A DNA stretch of 64,000 nt, from assembly GCA_963843575.1 (NCBI GenBank), contig CAWJKZ010000013.1, positions 96,001 through 160,000 of the forward strand. The letters are read 5' to 3'. The notes under the pieces were generated by a model. The model searched no databases. It was not told the DNA's origin and saw only the letters and a program-made list of their open reading frames with translations. Of the stretch, positions 38,349 through 48,633 are shown piece after piece. Position numbers and translations under genes: made by a program. The stretch comes from an uncultured Acidobacteriota bacterium (lineage in GTDB: Bacteria; Acidobacteriota; UBA6911). Numbering within the stretch: position 1 is the stretch's first letter; each line of letters starts with the position of its first letter.

Positions 38349-41309
38349 TTACTCCGACGCGGCCAGCGAGGCGCGGGCACGGTTGTAGGAGCCGACCCTG
38401 TCGTAACGGTCGACTGCGCAGAGGGCGAGGATTTCCTTGCTTGGGGTGTATTCCGGCACGATCTCCTGCAGCTTGGTGACTAGCCCGTTGACGTTTTTCG
38501 ATTCCAGCAGCGAGGCGAGTTCGTCCAGCCACTTGCGTATGCTGTCGAAGCTCACCGGCCCGCCGTCGAGGACCCGGATCTTCGGGTGGCTGGTCTGCTT
38601 GATGCCTTCTCCGTCGAGCTTCAGTTCCTCGAAGAGTTTTTCCCCCGGCCTGAGCCCCGTGAAAACGATCGGAAGGTCCCGTCCCGGCTCCAGACCGGAG
38701 AGCCGAAGCAGAGTGGTAGCCAAGTCCACGATCTTCACCGGCTCGCCCATGTCGAGGACGAAGATCTCGGCCCCCTGGCCCATCGTGGACGCCTGCAACA
38801 CCAACTGCACCGCTTCGTGAACGGTCATGAAATAGCGCTTCGCCTCGCGGTCCGTGATGGAGATCGGTTTGCGGGCCGCGATCTGTTTTTCGAACAGGGT
38901 CAGCACGCTTCCCCGGCTTCCAAGGACATTGCCAAACCGCACCGAGACGAACCGTGTCGACTGGCGCTGCAATCCCAGGGTGATGAGCTCGGCCACCCGT
39001 TTGGTTACGCCCATGACGTTTGTCGGGTTTACGGCCTTGTCCGACGAGATCATCACGAAATCCTCGGCCTCACACTGTTTTGCGATGAGCGCGACGTTGT
39101 AGGTGCCGAAGATGTTGTTGTTCACCGCTTCGAAGCAGTTGCCCTCCATGACGGGGACGTGCTTGTATGCGGCTGCGTGGAATACGGAGTGCGGCCGATG
39201 GTTGGTGAAAACCTCCCGCAGCCTCCCGACGTCGAGGATGTCGCCGATGACCGCAACCTTGTTCAGTCCCGGGAAGCTTTCGGACAGCTCCAGGTCGATG
39301 TTGAACAGGTCGGTCTCGGAGCGGTCCAGCAACACCAGTTTCCCCGGGTTGAAACCGGAGATCTGCCGTGTCATCTCCGAGCCGATCGAACCGCCCGCGC
39401 CCGTGATGAGGACGGTCTTCCCCTCGAGTTTTTGCCGTATCCGGGTCAGCTCCAGGCGGACCGGTTCCCGGACCAGCAGGTCTTCCACTCGAACGGCGCG
39501 CATGCTGCCCAGGGACACGGAGTTCGTGATCAGGTCGCCAATGGCCGGCAGCGTCTTGAACTCCACCTTGCATTGCCTGCACTTGTCGATGATTCGCTGG
39601 ATCTGTTTTCCGCTGGCGGATGGAATCGCGATCAGGATGTGCGAGATGTCGTGCTCGACGATGAGTTCGTGCAACTCGTCGGTGGTGCCGAGCACCTTCA
39701 GACCCTGTACCTTGACGCCTATCTTCGTCCGGTCGTCATCCACGAAGCCGATCGGTGTGTACGCGAGCGTTCTGTTGGACTTGAGCTCTCTCGCGATAGA
39801 GCTGCCCGCGCTGCCGGCGCCGACGATCAGCGTGTTCGGGTCGATCAGGTGCAGCCGTGCGCTTTCGTAGTATGCCCTGACGGCGAACCGCATGCCCCCG
39901 ACGGCAAATATGGTCAGGATGGGATCGATAATGAATACCGAGCGCGGCAGGCCGGCCAGGCCGCGGAGCCAGTACGTGCCTCCGTAGATGACGGGGGCGC
40001 TCAGGGCGGCGGCCTTTATTATGTCGAGCAGGTCGCTCATGCCGACGTACCGCCACCACCCGCTGAAAAGTCGGAAGTAGGAGAACACAAGCAGCTTCGT
40101 GAGCAGCACAAGCGGCAGCGTGACCAGGAACGCGTCCAGATACGGCGGCTCGAGCTTGAAATCGAGGCGCAGGAGAAAACTCGTGTAGTAGGTCAGCGCC
40201 AGGAGGGCCATCTGCGACAGGATGATCGCCGCCCGCCGGTACCTCAGCAGATGGGCCTGCAGGAATGGGGTCGAGAACGCCCCGCGCTCGTATTCGCGCG
40301 CGCTGCCCCAGAGCAGCAGGCCGAGGAACAGGGCAGGCAGGATCCCGGCGCCGCTGCCCCTCGGGGCGTCCACGTCCCAGACCTTGCCGAAAATGAGCCC
40401 CATGAGCCCGAGGGCCAGATACAGACCGGTGACCGACTGAGGGTCCGCTCCTGCCGTGACGAGTCTCTGGTACAGATGTGACTTATGGGCGGTGAAGACG
40501 TTTTCACGGGCCTTGAGGCGGCGCAAGAACGTGAAGACCGCGTCGAAAACGAAGGGCCACACCAAGAGCACACCCAGCACGGGCACCGCCCCGGACGTGC
40601 CTGGGCCGGACAACGAGTAGAAAAGTACCGGTATTGCGGCGAAGGTGTAGCCGAGGAACGCGCTGCCGACGTCGCCCATGAAGATCTTGGCGGGCGGCCA
40701 GTTGTGGCCGAGGAAACCGAGACTGCCGGAGCCGGCCAGCAAGGCCAGGGTGCCCGCGAGCGGCTGGTTCCCCAACCAGCCGAGGATGGCCCAACCCAGC
40801 CCGGCGGTCACCGCCTGTCCCCCGGCGAGACCGTCGATTCCGTCCATGAAGTTGTAGGCATTGGTGAGTGCGACGATCCAGATGAAGGTCAACACCACAC
40901 CCACCCACCCGAATTCCACGGTGCCAACCAGGGGGATGGTGATCTGCCGAAAGCCACCCGCGGTCGCCAATATGCAGACGGCAGCGAGGCTGTGGGCCGC
41001 GAACCTGACCCAATTCGGCAGCGGGCGCAGGTCATCGAGCCAGCTGATGTTGGCGACCAGAACGGCGCCGAGCGTGTAGGCCAGGAGCAATCGCCAGTGC
41101 GGAAGCAATCCCAGGGGAGAGGCGAGCACCCACACGCCGACCAGCGTGACGGCCACTATTACCAGTCCTCCGCCCCTTGGAGTCGGAACGACATGCGAAC
41201 TGCGGGCGTTGGGGACGTCGATGATGTCCCGCTTCCTGGCCCACAGGCGGAACGCACCCACTCCCAGGTAAGAGAACAAGAACGCGAGAAAACCTATGCT
41301 GGTTAGCAC
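38349..41309 (-). CDS. Fusion: WbpL/WecA-type polyprenyl-P sugar-1-P transferase (MraY-like GT4) plus WbpM/CapD-type UDP-GlcNAc 4,6-dehydratase
   Basis: N-half PNARSSH..PTPRGGG, NAYNFMDGIDG, IFMGDVGS, HKSHLYQRL; C-half GFVDDD, TGAGGSIGSE, HAAAYKHVP, SSDKAVNPTNVMG.TKR, VRFGNVLGSRGSV, GLRPGEKL; one uninterrupted frame. Confidence 0.88.
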   Translation of the reverse strand: MLTSIGFLAFLFSYLGVGAFRLWARKRDIIDVPNARSSHVVPTPRGGGLVIVAVTLVGVWVLASPLGLLPHWRLLLAYTLGAVLVANISWLDDLRPLPNWVRFAAHSLAAVCILATAGGFRQITIPLVGTVEFGWVGVVLTFIWIVALTNAYNFMDGIDGLAGGQAVTAGLGWAILGWLGNQPLAGTLALLAGSGSLGFLGHNWPPAKIFMGDVGSAFLGYTFAAIPVLFYSLSGPGTSGAVPVLGVLLVWPFVFDAVFTFLRRLKARENVFTAHKSHLYQRLVTAGADPQSVTGLYLALGLMGLIFGKVWDVDAPRGSGAGILPALFLGLLLWGSAREYERGAFSTPFLQAHLLRYRRAAIILSQMALLALTYYTSFLLRLDFKLEPPYLDAFLVTLPLVLLTKLLVFSYFRLFSGWWRYVGMSDLLDIIKAAALSAPVIYGGTYWLRGLAGLPRSVFIIDPILTIFAVGGMRFAVRAYYESARLHLIDPNTLIVGAGSAGSSIARELKSNRTLAYTPIGFVDDDRTKIGVKVQGLKVLGTTDELHELIVEHDISHILIAIPSASGKQIQRIIDKCRQCKVEFKTLPAIGDLITNSVSLGSMRAVRVEDLLVREPVRLELTRIRQKLEGKTVLITGAGGSIGSEMTRQISGFNPGKLVLLDRSETDLFNIDLELSESFPGLNKVAVIGDILDVGRLREVFTNHRPHSVFHAAAYKHVPVMEGNCFEAVNNNIFGTYNVALIAKQCEAEDFVMISSDKAVNPTNVMGVTKRVAELITLGLQRQSTRFVSVRFGNVLGSRGSVLTLFEKQIAARKPISITDREAKRYFMTVHEAVQLVLQASTMGQGAEIFVLDMGEPVKIVDLATTLLRLSGLEPGRDLPIVFTGLRPGEKLFEELKLDGEGIKQTSHPKIRVLDGGPVSFDSIRKWLDELASLLESKNVNGLVTKLQEIVPEYTPSKEILALCAVDRYDRVGSYNRARASLAASE

Positions 41310-41759
41310 TTGTAGAACCCTGATCCTGCCGGTTGAGTCTAATTCCCGGCGCAAGCCCGCAGGCGGCCACAGGCCGCCGGTGCCGCAGGGAGGGGGGATC
41401 CCGCTTGCACCGATTCGGATCCAGTTAAAGCATGACGAGGCGCCGAGGCACCCACTCGGGCGTCCTGCCGGCACGTCGGGTGGCGGCGCACCCAATTTTT
41501 CGAGCGCATTATAAGCCGGATGGCGTCGATTTCGCAGTATTTAACCTCTTGCTCCGCGTGGCGGATGCCGATAGCCTCGGCAAGGCCATGTCCGGCGGGA
41601 AGTAGCAGGGAGGCGCTTCGGAACCCGGCGTCCGGGGACAAACCGCCACGACGCCGACCGGACAGGAGGTCGAGAAATGTACCAAAGTGGCGGGCGAATG
41701 TGGTAAGTAATGTTCGTGAAATATCCGGCCGACGCGCCGGGGTTGCACGTTGGCGGAAA

Positions 41760-43727
41760 ATGAAACTCTCGGTTGCGTTGTTTGTCTCGTCGCTCCTGCT
41801 CACTTCCCCCGGCATCACCCACGCCCAGACTGCGAAGCCCTCTCACTGGCTGCCCGTCTCGTGGCAGGCCGCCTTCAGTCGCCGTGACACTGCTGACGGG
41901 TTTGTCTTCGGCGGCAAGATGTGGCTCAGCAACGGGTACTACTGGGATGGCGAGAATCGCTCCAACAGGGATCTGTGGTCTTCTGCGGACGGCAAGCTGT
42001 GGACGCTCGTAAACGGTGCCACCCCCTACGACGAGTTCAGTCAGATGACGGTGTTCAACAACATGATGTGGGCCGTCGGGGACAGCGTGTGGCTCTCCAA
42101 CGACGGCGTCCGCTGGTTGGAGGTGAACCCGCAGACCCCTTTCGGGCTGCGGCCATACGGCGAGCTCGTGGTTTACGACGGCAAAATGTGGCTGCTCGGG
42201 GACGGAAGCGACGTCTGGTATTCGTCCGACGGCACCCGCTGGACCTGCGCCACCGCGTCCGCGCCGTACGGCAACCGCAGCGGCGCAGCGGTCGTCGTGT
42301 TCGCCGGGAAGATCTGGGTCATGGGCGGCCGCACCAACGGGGCCAATACCCCCCCGGAGAGCTTCTACCCGGGCGTCACCACCTACAACGACGTCTGGTG
42401 CTCGGCGGACGGCGCGCACTGGACCCGCGTTTTAGAGCAAGCCCCCTGGAAGCCCCGGATTTGGAGCAAGGCCAAGTACTACCTCGACCGGATGTGGATC
42501 ATCGCCGGCTTCGACAACGTGGATGGCGCGAACCTGAATGACGTCTGGTACAGCGCCGACGGCGTAATCTGGACACGACTGGTTTCCTATTCGACGTTTT
42601 CTCCCCGGCACGAGGTCACTCCCTACGTCTTCGACGAGAGCCTCTGGGTAGTCGCAGGAAACGGCTGGCCGCTGCTGAACGACGTTTGGCGCCTGGACGT
42701 CGGCACGCTGTCCCCGGCACAGACGCAGCTTTCGGTGTCGTTCTCGGGCGCCGGATCGGGCACCGTGACCAGCACGCCTGCAGGCCTGCAGTGCGCGTCG
42801 GGATGCTCGAGCGCGTTCAACCTCGGCACGGTGGTGACGCTGAAGGCGACTGCGGCGCCTTGGTCGGTCTTCACGGGCTGGAGCGGGGAGGGCTGTAGCG
42901 GAACGGGTGACTGTTCCGTCGTCATGTCCGCGGCGCGGAACGTGGCGGCTGCTTTCGCCAGCGTTCCATTTGGGCCGCTGGATTTCAACGGGGACGGGCA
43001 ACCCGGCATCCTGTGGCGGAACGTGCGCACGGGCGAAGATTACGTGTGGTACATGAACGGCACGGACCGCTCCGGCGGAGAATCGCTGGAGACCGTCGCC
43101 GAGCGGGCGTGGGAGATCGTCGGCACGGGCGATTTCAACGGCGACCGTAAGCCCGACATCCTCTGGCGCAATTCAGCCACCGGACAGAATTACCTCTGGA
43201 TCATGAACGGGGTTTCCCGCTCGGCAGGAGCCTTGCTGGAGGCTGTGCCCGACACCGCCTGGCGCATCGAGGGCGTCGCCGACCTGAGCGGCGACGGCAA
43301 CCCCGACATCCTGTGGCGCAACGCGACCACGGGCGACAACTACGTCTGGTACATGAACGGCATCACGCGGGTGGGCGGCGAATGGCTCGAGCCCGTGCCC
43401 GATCTGAACTGGGAAATCACGGGCGTCGCGGAATTCAACGGCGACGGCAATCCCGACCTCCTGTGGCGCAATACAGCCACAGGCGAGGACTACGTCTGGT
43501 TCATGAAGGGCGTCTCCCGCTCAGGCGGGTGTTGGCTCGAAGCCGTCCCCGACCTGAACTGGAGAATCGTCGCGGTCGCGGACTACAACAGAGACGGCCA
43601 GACCGACATCCTCTGGCGCAACGCAGCAACAGGCGAAAACTACGTCTGGTTCATAAACGGCACCCTTCGCTTCGGCGGCTCGTTTCTCCTACCGGTTGCA
43701 GACCTGAACTGGCACATCGCACCCTAG
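41760..43727 (+). CDS. Secreted modular surface protein: Kelch/Asp-box propeller, InlB-B-like repeat and five FG-GAP/VCBS repeats
   Basis: Repeated DVW.S.DG..WT; GSGTVTS.PAG..C...C...F..GT.VTL.A; five ~50-aa DFNGDG.PDILWRN..TG..YVW.MNG repeats. Confidence 0.8.
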   Translation: MKLSVALFVSSLLLTSPGITHAQTAKPSHWLPVSWQAAFSRRDTADGFVFGGKMWLSNGYYWDGENRSNRDLWSSADGKLWTLVNGATPYDEFSQMTVFNNMMWAVGDSVWLSNDGVRWLEVNPQTPFGLRPYGELVVYDGKMWLLGDGSDVWYSSDGTRWTCATASAPYGNRSGAAVVVFAGKIWVMGGRTNGANTPPESFYPGVTTYNDVWCSADGAHWTRVLEQAPWKPRIWSKAKYYLDRMWIIAGFDNVDGANLNDVWYSADGVIWTRLVSYSTFSPRHEVTPYVFDESLWVVAGNGWPLLNDVWRLDVGTLSPAQTQLSVSFSGAGSGTVTSTPAGLQCASGCSSAFNLGTVVTLKATAAPWSVFTGWSGEGCSGTGDCSVVMSAARNVAAAFASVPFGPLDFNGDGQPGILWRNVRTGEDYVWYMNGTDRSGGESLETVAERAWEIVGTGDFNGDRKPDILWRNSATGQNYLWIMNGVSRSAGALLEAVPDTAWRIEGVADLSGDGNPDILWRNATTGDNYVWYMNGITRVGGEWLEPVPDLNWEITGVAEFNGDGNPDLLWRNTATGEDYVWFMKGVSRSGGCWLEAVPDLNWRIVAVADYNRDGQTDILWRNAATGENYVWFINGTLRFGGSFLLPVADLNWHIAP

Positions 43728-43734
43728 GATTTTT

Positions 43735-43857
43735 TGGAGTGCGGCGCCTTGGCGCCGCCTTCAACTACGTCCCAGGGCCGAATGCCGGGCGCCTCGGCGC
43801 CGACCTGCGAGATGGCGTCGGCAACCTCAGGTTGCGGCGGCGCCGAGCCTCCGCACT
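43735..43857. repeat. REP doublet, family B (copy 2)
   Basis: TGGAGTGCGGCGCCTTGGCGCCGC ... GCGGCGCCGAGCCTCCGCACT between convergent genes. Confidence 0.6.
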
Positions 43858-43872
43858 AGCGGCCCAATTGTT

Positions 43873-45000
43873 TTAATCGTACCGCCGGGTGTACTTCATA
43901 TAAAAGCTCTTCGGTACCAGGTCTGCCTTGTACATGCACCAGAAGAGAGGTTTCATCCTTTCAAACCGCTTCTTGTAGGTGGGGTAGTCCCGGTGGGTCT
44001 TCGCCGGCAACCCCATCAGCCTCTCGAACTCTTCCTCCGACAGGTCCAGCCGCTTGTAGATTTCCTGCAGGATGCTGTGGTCAAAAGGAAATGGCTCCCG
44101 TATCCGGCACAGAGCCTCGTCCCGTGAGATCTGTCCGGACCGGGCGAGCGCGGCGTACTCGCACCGGCGCAGGTCGATGCGATATTTCCTGGGCAGAAAG
44201 TAGTTGTTGGCAAAATACGCCGTGCGGTTCTCCATGTGATGGCCGCCGTACCACTGCCACCCCAGCTCCTTTGCCAGGAACGCCTTGATCTCCTCCTTGC
44301 GGTAATCGATGTAGTAAAGCGGCCGGATCTTCCGGATGCCGTCGAGCACCGTCCACTTGAGCCATTTTCCCATCCAGAGGTTCGGGAAGGTGCGCATCGG
44401 GACAGTACCGAACATACGGTGGACAGCCTGTATGTACCTCGCGTCCATGTAGACCCACCCATGCGGCGTGATCCCCTCTGTCCGGAACGAGTGCCCTTCG
44501 AAGACCCACTTCACCCGGTATTTCGCCGCGGCGAGGTAATGAGTGGTCGCCAGCCCTATGTCGGCAGGCGCATCCACTTCGGGAACGGAGGCTCTCAGAA
44601 AAGCCCTGAAGATGTCGCAGTATTCGCGGTTGTCGACCACGTGGGTGAACAGGTCCACGTTCAGACGCCGCAGCACCGTCTGGATGTTCTCCACGGCCGT
44701 TTTGGAGTTCCAGGTGTTGTCGAAGTGGGCGGCGAGGGGGCGCAGACCCAAGTCCTTGGCCAGGTACAGCAGGTAGGACGAATCGGTGCCGCCGCTGACC
44801 CCGACCACAACGTCGTACGCTCGCCCCTGGCCGTCCCTCTTGATGCGTTGGGCCAGCGCCTCGAGACGCTTTCTTCCTTCCGGACCGGTCGGATACTCCC
44901 GGTCGAGCTGATCGTGCTGGTGGCAGTAGTTGCAGACCCCCGCGGCGTCGAAGCTTATGTAGGGGATCTCGTCATCGTAAACGCATCTGGAACAAATCAT
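43873..45000 (-). CDS. N-acetyl sugar amidotransferase (WbpG/WbuX family)
   Basis: CSRC..CNYC; PP-loop SGGTDSS; HFDN.WN; WQWYGGHH.E. Confidence 0.88.
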   Translation of the reverse strand: MICSRCVYDDEIPYISFDAAGVCNYCHQHDQLDREYPTGPEGRKRLEALAQRIKRDGQGRAYDVVVGVSGGTDSSYLLYLAKDLGLRPLAAHFDNTWNSKTAVENIQTVLRRLNVDLFTHVVDNREYCDIFRAFLRASVPEVDAPADIGLATTHYLAAAKYRVKWVFEGHSFRTEGITPHGWVYMDARYIQAVHRMFGTVPMRTFPNLWMGKWLKWTVLDGIRKIRPLYYIDYRKEEIKAFLAKELGWQWYGGHHMENRTAYFANNYFLPRKYRIDLRRCEYAALARSGQISRDEALCRIREPFPFDHSILQEIYKRLDLSEEEFERLMGLPAKTHRDYPTYKKRFERMKPLFWCMYKADLVPKSFYMKYTRRYD

Positions 45001-45019
45001 GCCGTCGGGCGTCCCTTCG

Positions 45020-46249
45020 TCAACGGAGGTCGTGGTCGCGGGTCGGCCCGTCCATAGTCGAGCGCCCCCGGTTCAGAAAGATATCGGTCCAACTCAGTAT
45101 CCGGGTGCTGCTGCGCAGCCGGGGAGGAAAACCGGCGATGATGCGGTCGCCGAACGACGCGCTCATCACGAACAGGCAGTCCGGGGGATTGTCGACAAGG
45201 TCCGCCCGGGATTCAATCGGAGTGCGCCACCCGGGGAAAAAGCACCCCTTGAGGCTCGGGTCGTCATCGAAGAAGCGCAGCGAGCGCACCTCCTGCCCTG
45301 CCATCGACAGCAGGTTGACTGCTCGGCCGGGGACGTACACACCCAGGCTTTCGCGGGCCCGGTTGAGCTTGTCGACATAACCTCTCACGAATGAAACCGA
45401 CTCCTCGACCTTTATCCTATAGCGGCGTGCGGCGGCTGCACGCTGCCGCACGCGTTCTGCTGGGGGGGTGGCCGCCGTCCCGGTGCGGGCGGCAGCATAC
45501 AGTATCTTGCTGATGTCGGGCTTGACGATCTGGATGGACTGGAATCCGCAGAAGCGCAGCACGTCTTCGAGCGTGGTCGCCGTGAGATAGCTGAAGTGTT
45601 CGTGAAAAAGGATCGAAGGGTCCCCCGCCTCGATATAGTCCTCCTCGTCCTCGACCGAGAGAAAAAGCCACCCGTCCGGTTTCAGGGCGCCGCGCACGGA
45701 GATGAGGGCCTGGATCGGATCGTAAAGGTGTTCGTACACCATGTACAGCGCGACCGCGTCGAAGGGTCCTGGGGCGGATTCGGATGGGAAGAAGTCCCGC
45801 ACGACGCGCAGCCCGAGACGCTCGGCCCCCGCCTGGCCGTGGGCCCCCGGCTCGATACCGCACACCTCGGCGCCCAGATCCCGGAAACGCGACAACAGGT
45901 AGCCCTTGCCGCAGCCGATTTCGAGCATCTCAAGCCCCTGCAGGGAATTCCGGCGCGCGGCGGACTGGACGAAGCGGAGGAAATGCTCGGTGTTGCCCCT
46001 GCCCGTCTCGCTGTCGTCGGCTGCCCCGGCCATAACGGAGCCGGCCCTATAGGCTTTCTCCAGGATCCCCCGTTGTCCGTCGCGCATCGCCTGGACGAGC
46101 AGTCCCGTGTCCGGGTCGACCGCGAGCGAGAAATCGAGGACGTCGGGAAATTCCGGTGCATTGGTGGCGTTGCGCGTAATGGAGAAAACGAATGGGAGGG
46201 CGCCCACCTTCCAGTAGAATGGATACTCCGCAGCGGTTCGGGTCATAAT
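45020..46249 (-). CDS. Class I SAM-dependent methyltransferase, NDP-sugar C-methyltransferase-like
   Basis: EIGCGKGYLL, GIEP, EH..DP, LKPDG, HEHFSY; C-terminal FFDDDP..KG.F.PG. Confidence 0.7.
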   Translation of the reverse strand: MMTRTAAEYPFYWKVGALPFVFSITRNATNAPEFPDVLDFSLAVDPDTGLLVQAMRDGQRGILEKAYRAGSVMAGAADDSETGRGNTEHFLRFVQSAARRNSLQGLEMLEIGCGKGYLLSRFRDLGAEVCGIEPGAHGQAGAERLGLRVVRDFFPSESAPGPFDAVALYMVYEHLYDPIQALISVRGALKPDGWLFLSVEDEEDYIEAGDPSILFHEHFSYLTATTLEDVLRFCGFQSIQIVKPDISKILYAAARTGTAATPPAERVRQRAAAARRYRIKVEESVSFVRGYVDKLNRARESLGVYVPGRAVNLLSMAGQEVRSLRFFDDDPSLKGCFFPGWRTPIESRADLVDNPPDCLFVMSASFGDRIIAGFPPRLRSSTRILSWTDIFLNRGRSTMDGPTRDHDLR

Positions 46250-46290
46250 GCTCGACAAAGCGGTCTGCCTGATTTCACGGGGCGTAACCC

Positions 46291-47193
46291 CTATCCCTCG
46301 AGTGCGGGCCGCGAATGCGATTTTTTCATCGCCAGGGCAAGCGACCGGAGTGCCTCCCCGAGCGGCGCCTGGGGCCGGTAGCCCAGATCCCGACGCGCTT
46401 TTTCGGAAGAGTAGCGCGCGCGGAAGGTCTCCTGCGGATCGTCGCCCCGGAATACCACCTCAACGCTTCGCCCGGACACCTGGCGGCAGAGGTCGGCGAG
46501 AGCGCGCATGCTGATCGCCTCCCCCGTCAGGTTGATGGCCCCCTCCGCCCCGCAGGACAGTGCGAGGGAGACCGCGCGGGCGACATCCTCCTCGCGGACG
46601 AAATCCTGGGTGCGGCCGCCGGATCCCCACACTTCTATCCGGTCTTCAAACAACGCCTGGCGCATGAACCTGGTGACTACCGTAGCCACCCTCTGACTCG
46701 GTCCGAACGGGGCCGAAATCCTCAGGTGGCATGCCCGCACCCCCTGCGGTTTCAAAACCGCGTCGAACAGCAGCTCGCAGGCGAGTTTGCTGATCCCGTA
46801 CAGGCTCTCAGGGGCGGACATTGTTTCGGTGGCCTCCGACATCTCGCACGATCTCCCGTAGACGGCGCAGCTGGACAGATGCACCAGCCGTCCGACCTGC
46901 TGACGCCGCATCCAGAAGGACAGGTTGAGGGCCACCTGCTGATTATGGATCAGCACCCGATCCTCCGGGCAATGGTTGGGCACTAAGGCCGCGGCGTGGA
47001 CGACCGCGTCGAGAGGCAGCACCGGGGTGAGCGCCTCATACTGATCGCTGCGCTCGAGGTCTATCGTCACGTGCCCGGCCTCCGCATCGCTGCCGCGCAC
47101 GTCTGCCCCGAAGACAGAGTGACCCTCGGCCCGGAGACCTCGTCCGATCACGCCTCCCAGGAATCCTCCGGATCCCGTCACCAGCACCCTCAA
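46291..47193 (-). CDS. NAD-dependent epimerase/reductase (extended SDR)
   Basis: VLVTGSGGFLG, SSCAVYG, YGISK. Confidence 0.85.
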   Translation of the reverse strand: MRVLVTGSGGFLGGVIGRGLRAEGHSVFGADVRGSDAEAGHVTIDLERSDQYEALTPVLPLDAVVHAAALVPNHCPEDRVLIHNQQVALNLSFWMRRQQVGRLVHLSSCAVYGRSCEMSEATETMSAPESLYGISKLACELLFDAVLKPQGVRACHLRISAPFGPSQRVATVVTRFMRQALFEDRIEVWGSGGRTQDFVREEDVARAVSLALSCGAEGAINLTGEAISMRALADLCRQVSGRSVEVVFRGDDPQETFRARYSSEKARRDLGYRPQAPLGEALRSLALAMKKSHSRPALEG

Positions 47194-47406
47194 AACGTGT
47201 CCCTCCTGCTATCCGTGTGCGCGCCGCTATTATGGGGAACGGAGGATGCGTCTGCAAGCCCGGGTAATCCCCGGCCAGCCCTTTACGCTGCACCCCTCAT
47301 GAACCCTGGTGGGCTGCCGCGGCTCGAGGTCGGTCCTGGAGCCAGGGGAAATCGGCACATCGGACGGGGTTTGCGTTTACAATGGCGGCCGCGACGGGAG
47401 GTTGGG

Positions 47407-48615
47407 TTGAGAGTCGTGTTCGTTTCGGTGATTCCGCTGTGGAGCGGTGGCGAGGACGCGTCGGGCGGGCCGGCGTTTTCCCGGACCGTGCGGGCGTATC
47501 TCGACTCGGGCCACGAGGTACACCTCATCACCCTGGATCCCGCCAGCAGCCGGCACGCCTCCGGCAATTTGCACGTGCACGTCGTAGCCGGCAACCTGCG
47601 CGGGCTACCGGACCGCGTGATAGTCAACTACTTGCGCTACAATGTCGTCTTCCCGGTCTTCGCCCTCTTCTGCTTTTTCCGGATCCGTCTGCGGATGCCG
47701 GTCGACGTGATCTACGGGTATGAGGTCGACGGGATCCTGGCCGGACTGCCGATGAGCCTGCTGTCCCGGCGGCCGCTGATCAGCAGATTCCAGGGGACCG
47801 TCCTTGCCCCGCTGTTGGCCGATGGGACGCCCATCAAGGCGAAGCTCCCCTACATGGCGCATTTCCTCGGATTCAAAGTTCCGGCGGACCTCGCGATCAT
47901 GACGGACGACGGGACCCTCGGGGACCAGGTCATGCGCCGCCTCAACCCCAAACTCGCGGGGAGGATGAAGTTCTGGCGCAACGGCATCGATCCGAGGCCG
48001 GAGTCGCCACCGGCAGCCAGGATGCGTTCGCAGCTGGGGATCGGGCCCGGCACCCTGGTGCTGCTGACAGTGTCCCGGCTGGTCGGCTGGAAACGTGTGG
48101 ACCGTGCGGTCTCGGCGCTTCCCCGGATCGTGAGCAGGGTGCCCGACGTCGTGCTCGTCATCGTGGGCGACGGCCCGTCGCGGCGACTGTTGGAGGAATC
48201 CGCCCGCGACCTAGGAGTCGAGCACCGCGTGTTCTTTGTCGGCAACGTACCGCACTCCAAGGTCTTCGGCTATTACGAGGACACCGATGTCTTCCTGTCG
48301 CTCTACGACCTGTCGAACGTCGGAAACCCTCTGCTGGAGGCGATGCGCTGCGGAAGAGCGATAGTCACCCTCCGGAACGGCGGTACAGCCGCCGTCATAG
48401 AGCACGGCGTCAACGGGATCCTGCTGGAAAAGGGGACCCCCGACGAAGTTGCGGATGCCGTGGTGTCGCTGTTGAACGACCCCTCGGAGCGCAGCCGGCT
48501 CGGCCAGAGTGCGATGCGTTATGCGCAGGAGAAGCTCTGGACCTGGGAAGAGCGCATGCGGGAGGAGTTGGCGGCAGTCCGGGAAGTCGCAGAGCGATCT
48601 TTCGGCAAGCGGTAG
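47407..48615 (+). CDS. Glycosyltransferase family 4
   Basis: VSRLVGWKRVD; VGDGP; GNPLLEAM..G. Confidence 0.85.
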   Translation: MRVVFVSVIPLWSGGEDASGGPAFSRTVRAYLDSGHEVHLITLDPASSRHASGNLHVHVVAGNLRGLPDRVIVNYLRYNVVFPVFALFCFFRIRLRMPVDVIYGYEVDGILAGLPMSLLSRRPLISRFQGTVLAPLLADGTPIKAKLPYMAHFLGFKVPADLAIMTDDGTLGDQVMRRLNPKLAGRMKFWRNGIDPRPESPPAARMRSQLGIGPGTLVLLTVSRLVGWKRVDRAVSALPRIVSRVPDVVLVIVGDGPSRRLLEESARDLGVEHRVFFVGNVPHSKVFGYYEDTDVFLSLYDLSNVGNPLLEAMRCGRAIVTLRNGGTAAVIEHGVNGILLEKGTPDEVADAVVSLLNDPSERSRLGQSAMRYAQEKLWTWEERMREELAAVREVAERSFGKR

Positions 48616-48633
48616 GGAAAGGGCGCGCAGGCC

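Noticed and set aside
42980-43720. ~150-bp tandem repeats resembling an array
   Set aside because: In-frame protein repeats (FG-GAP/VCBS) with synonymous divergence; no repeat-spacer structure and no cas genes.
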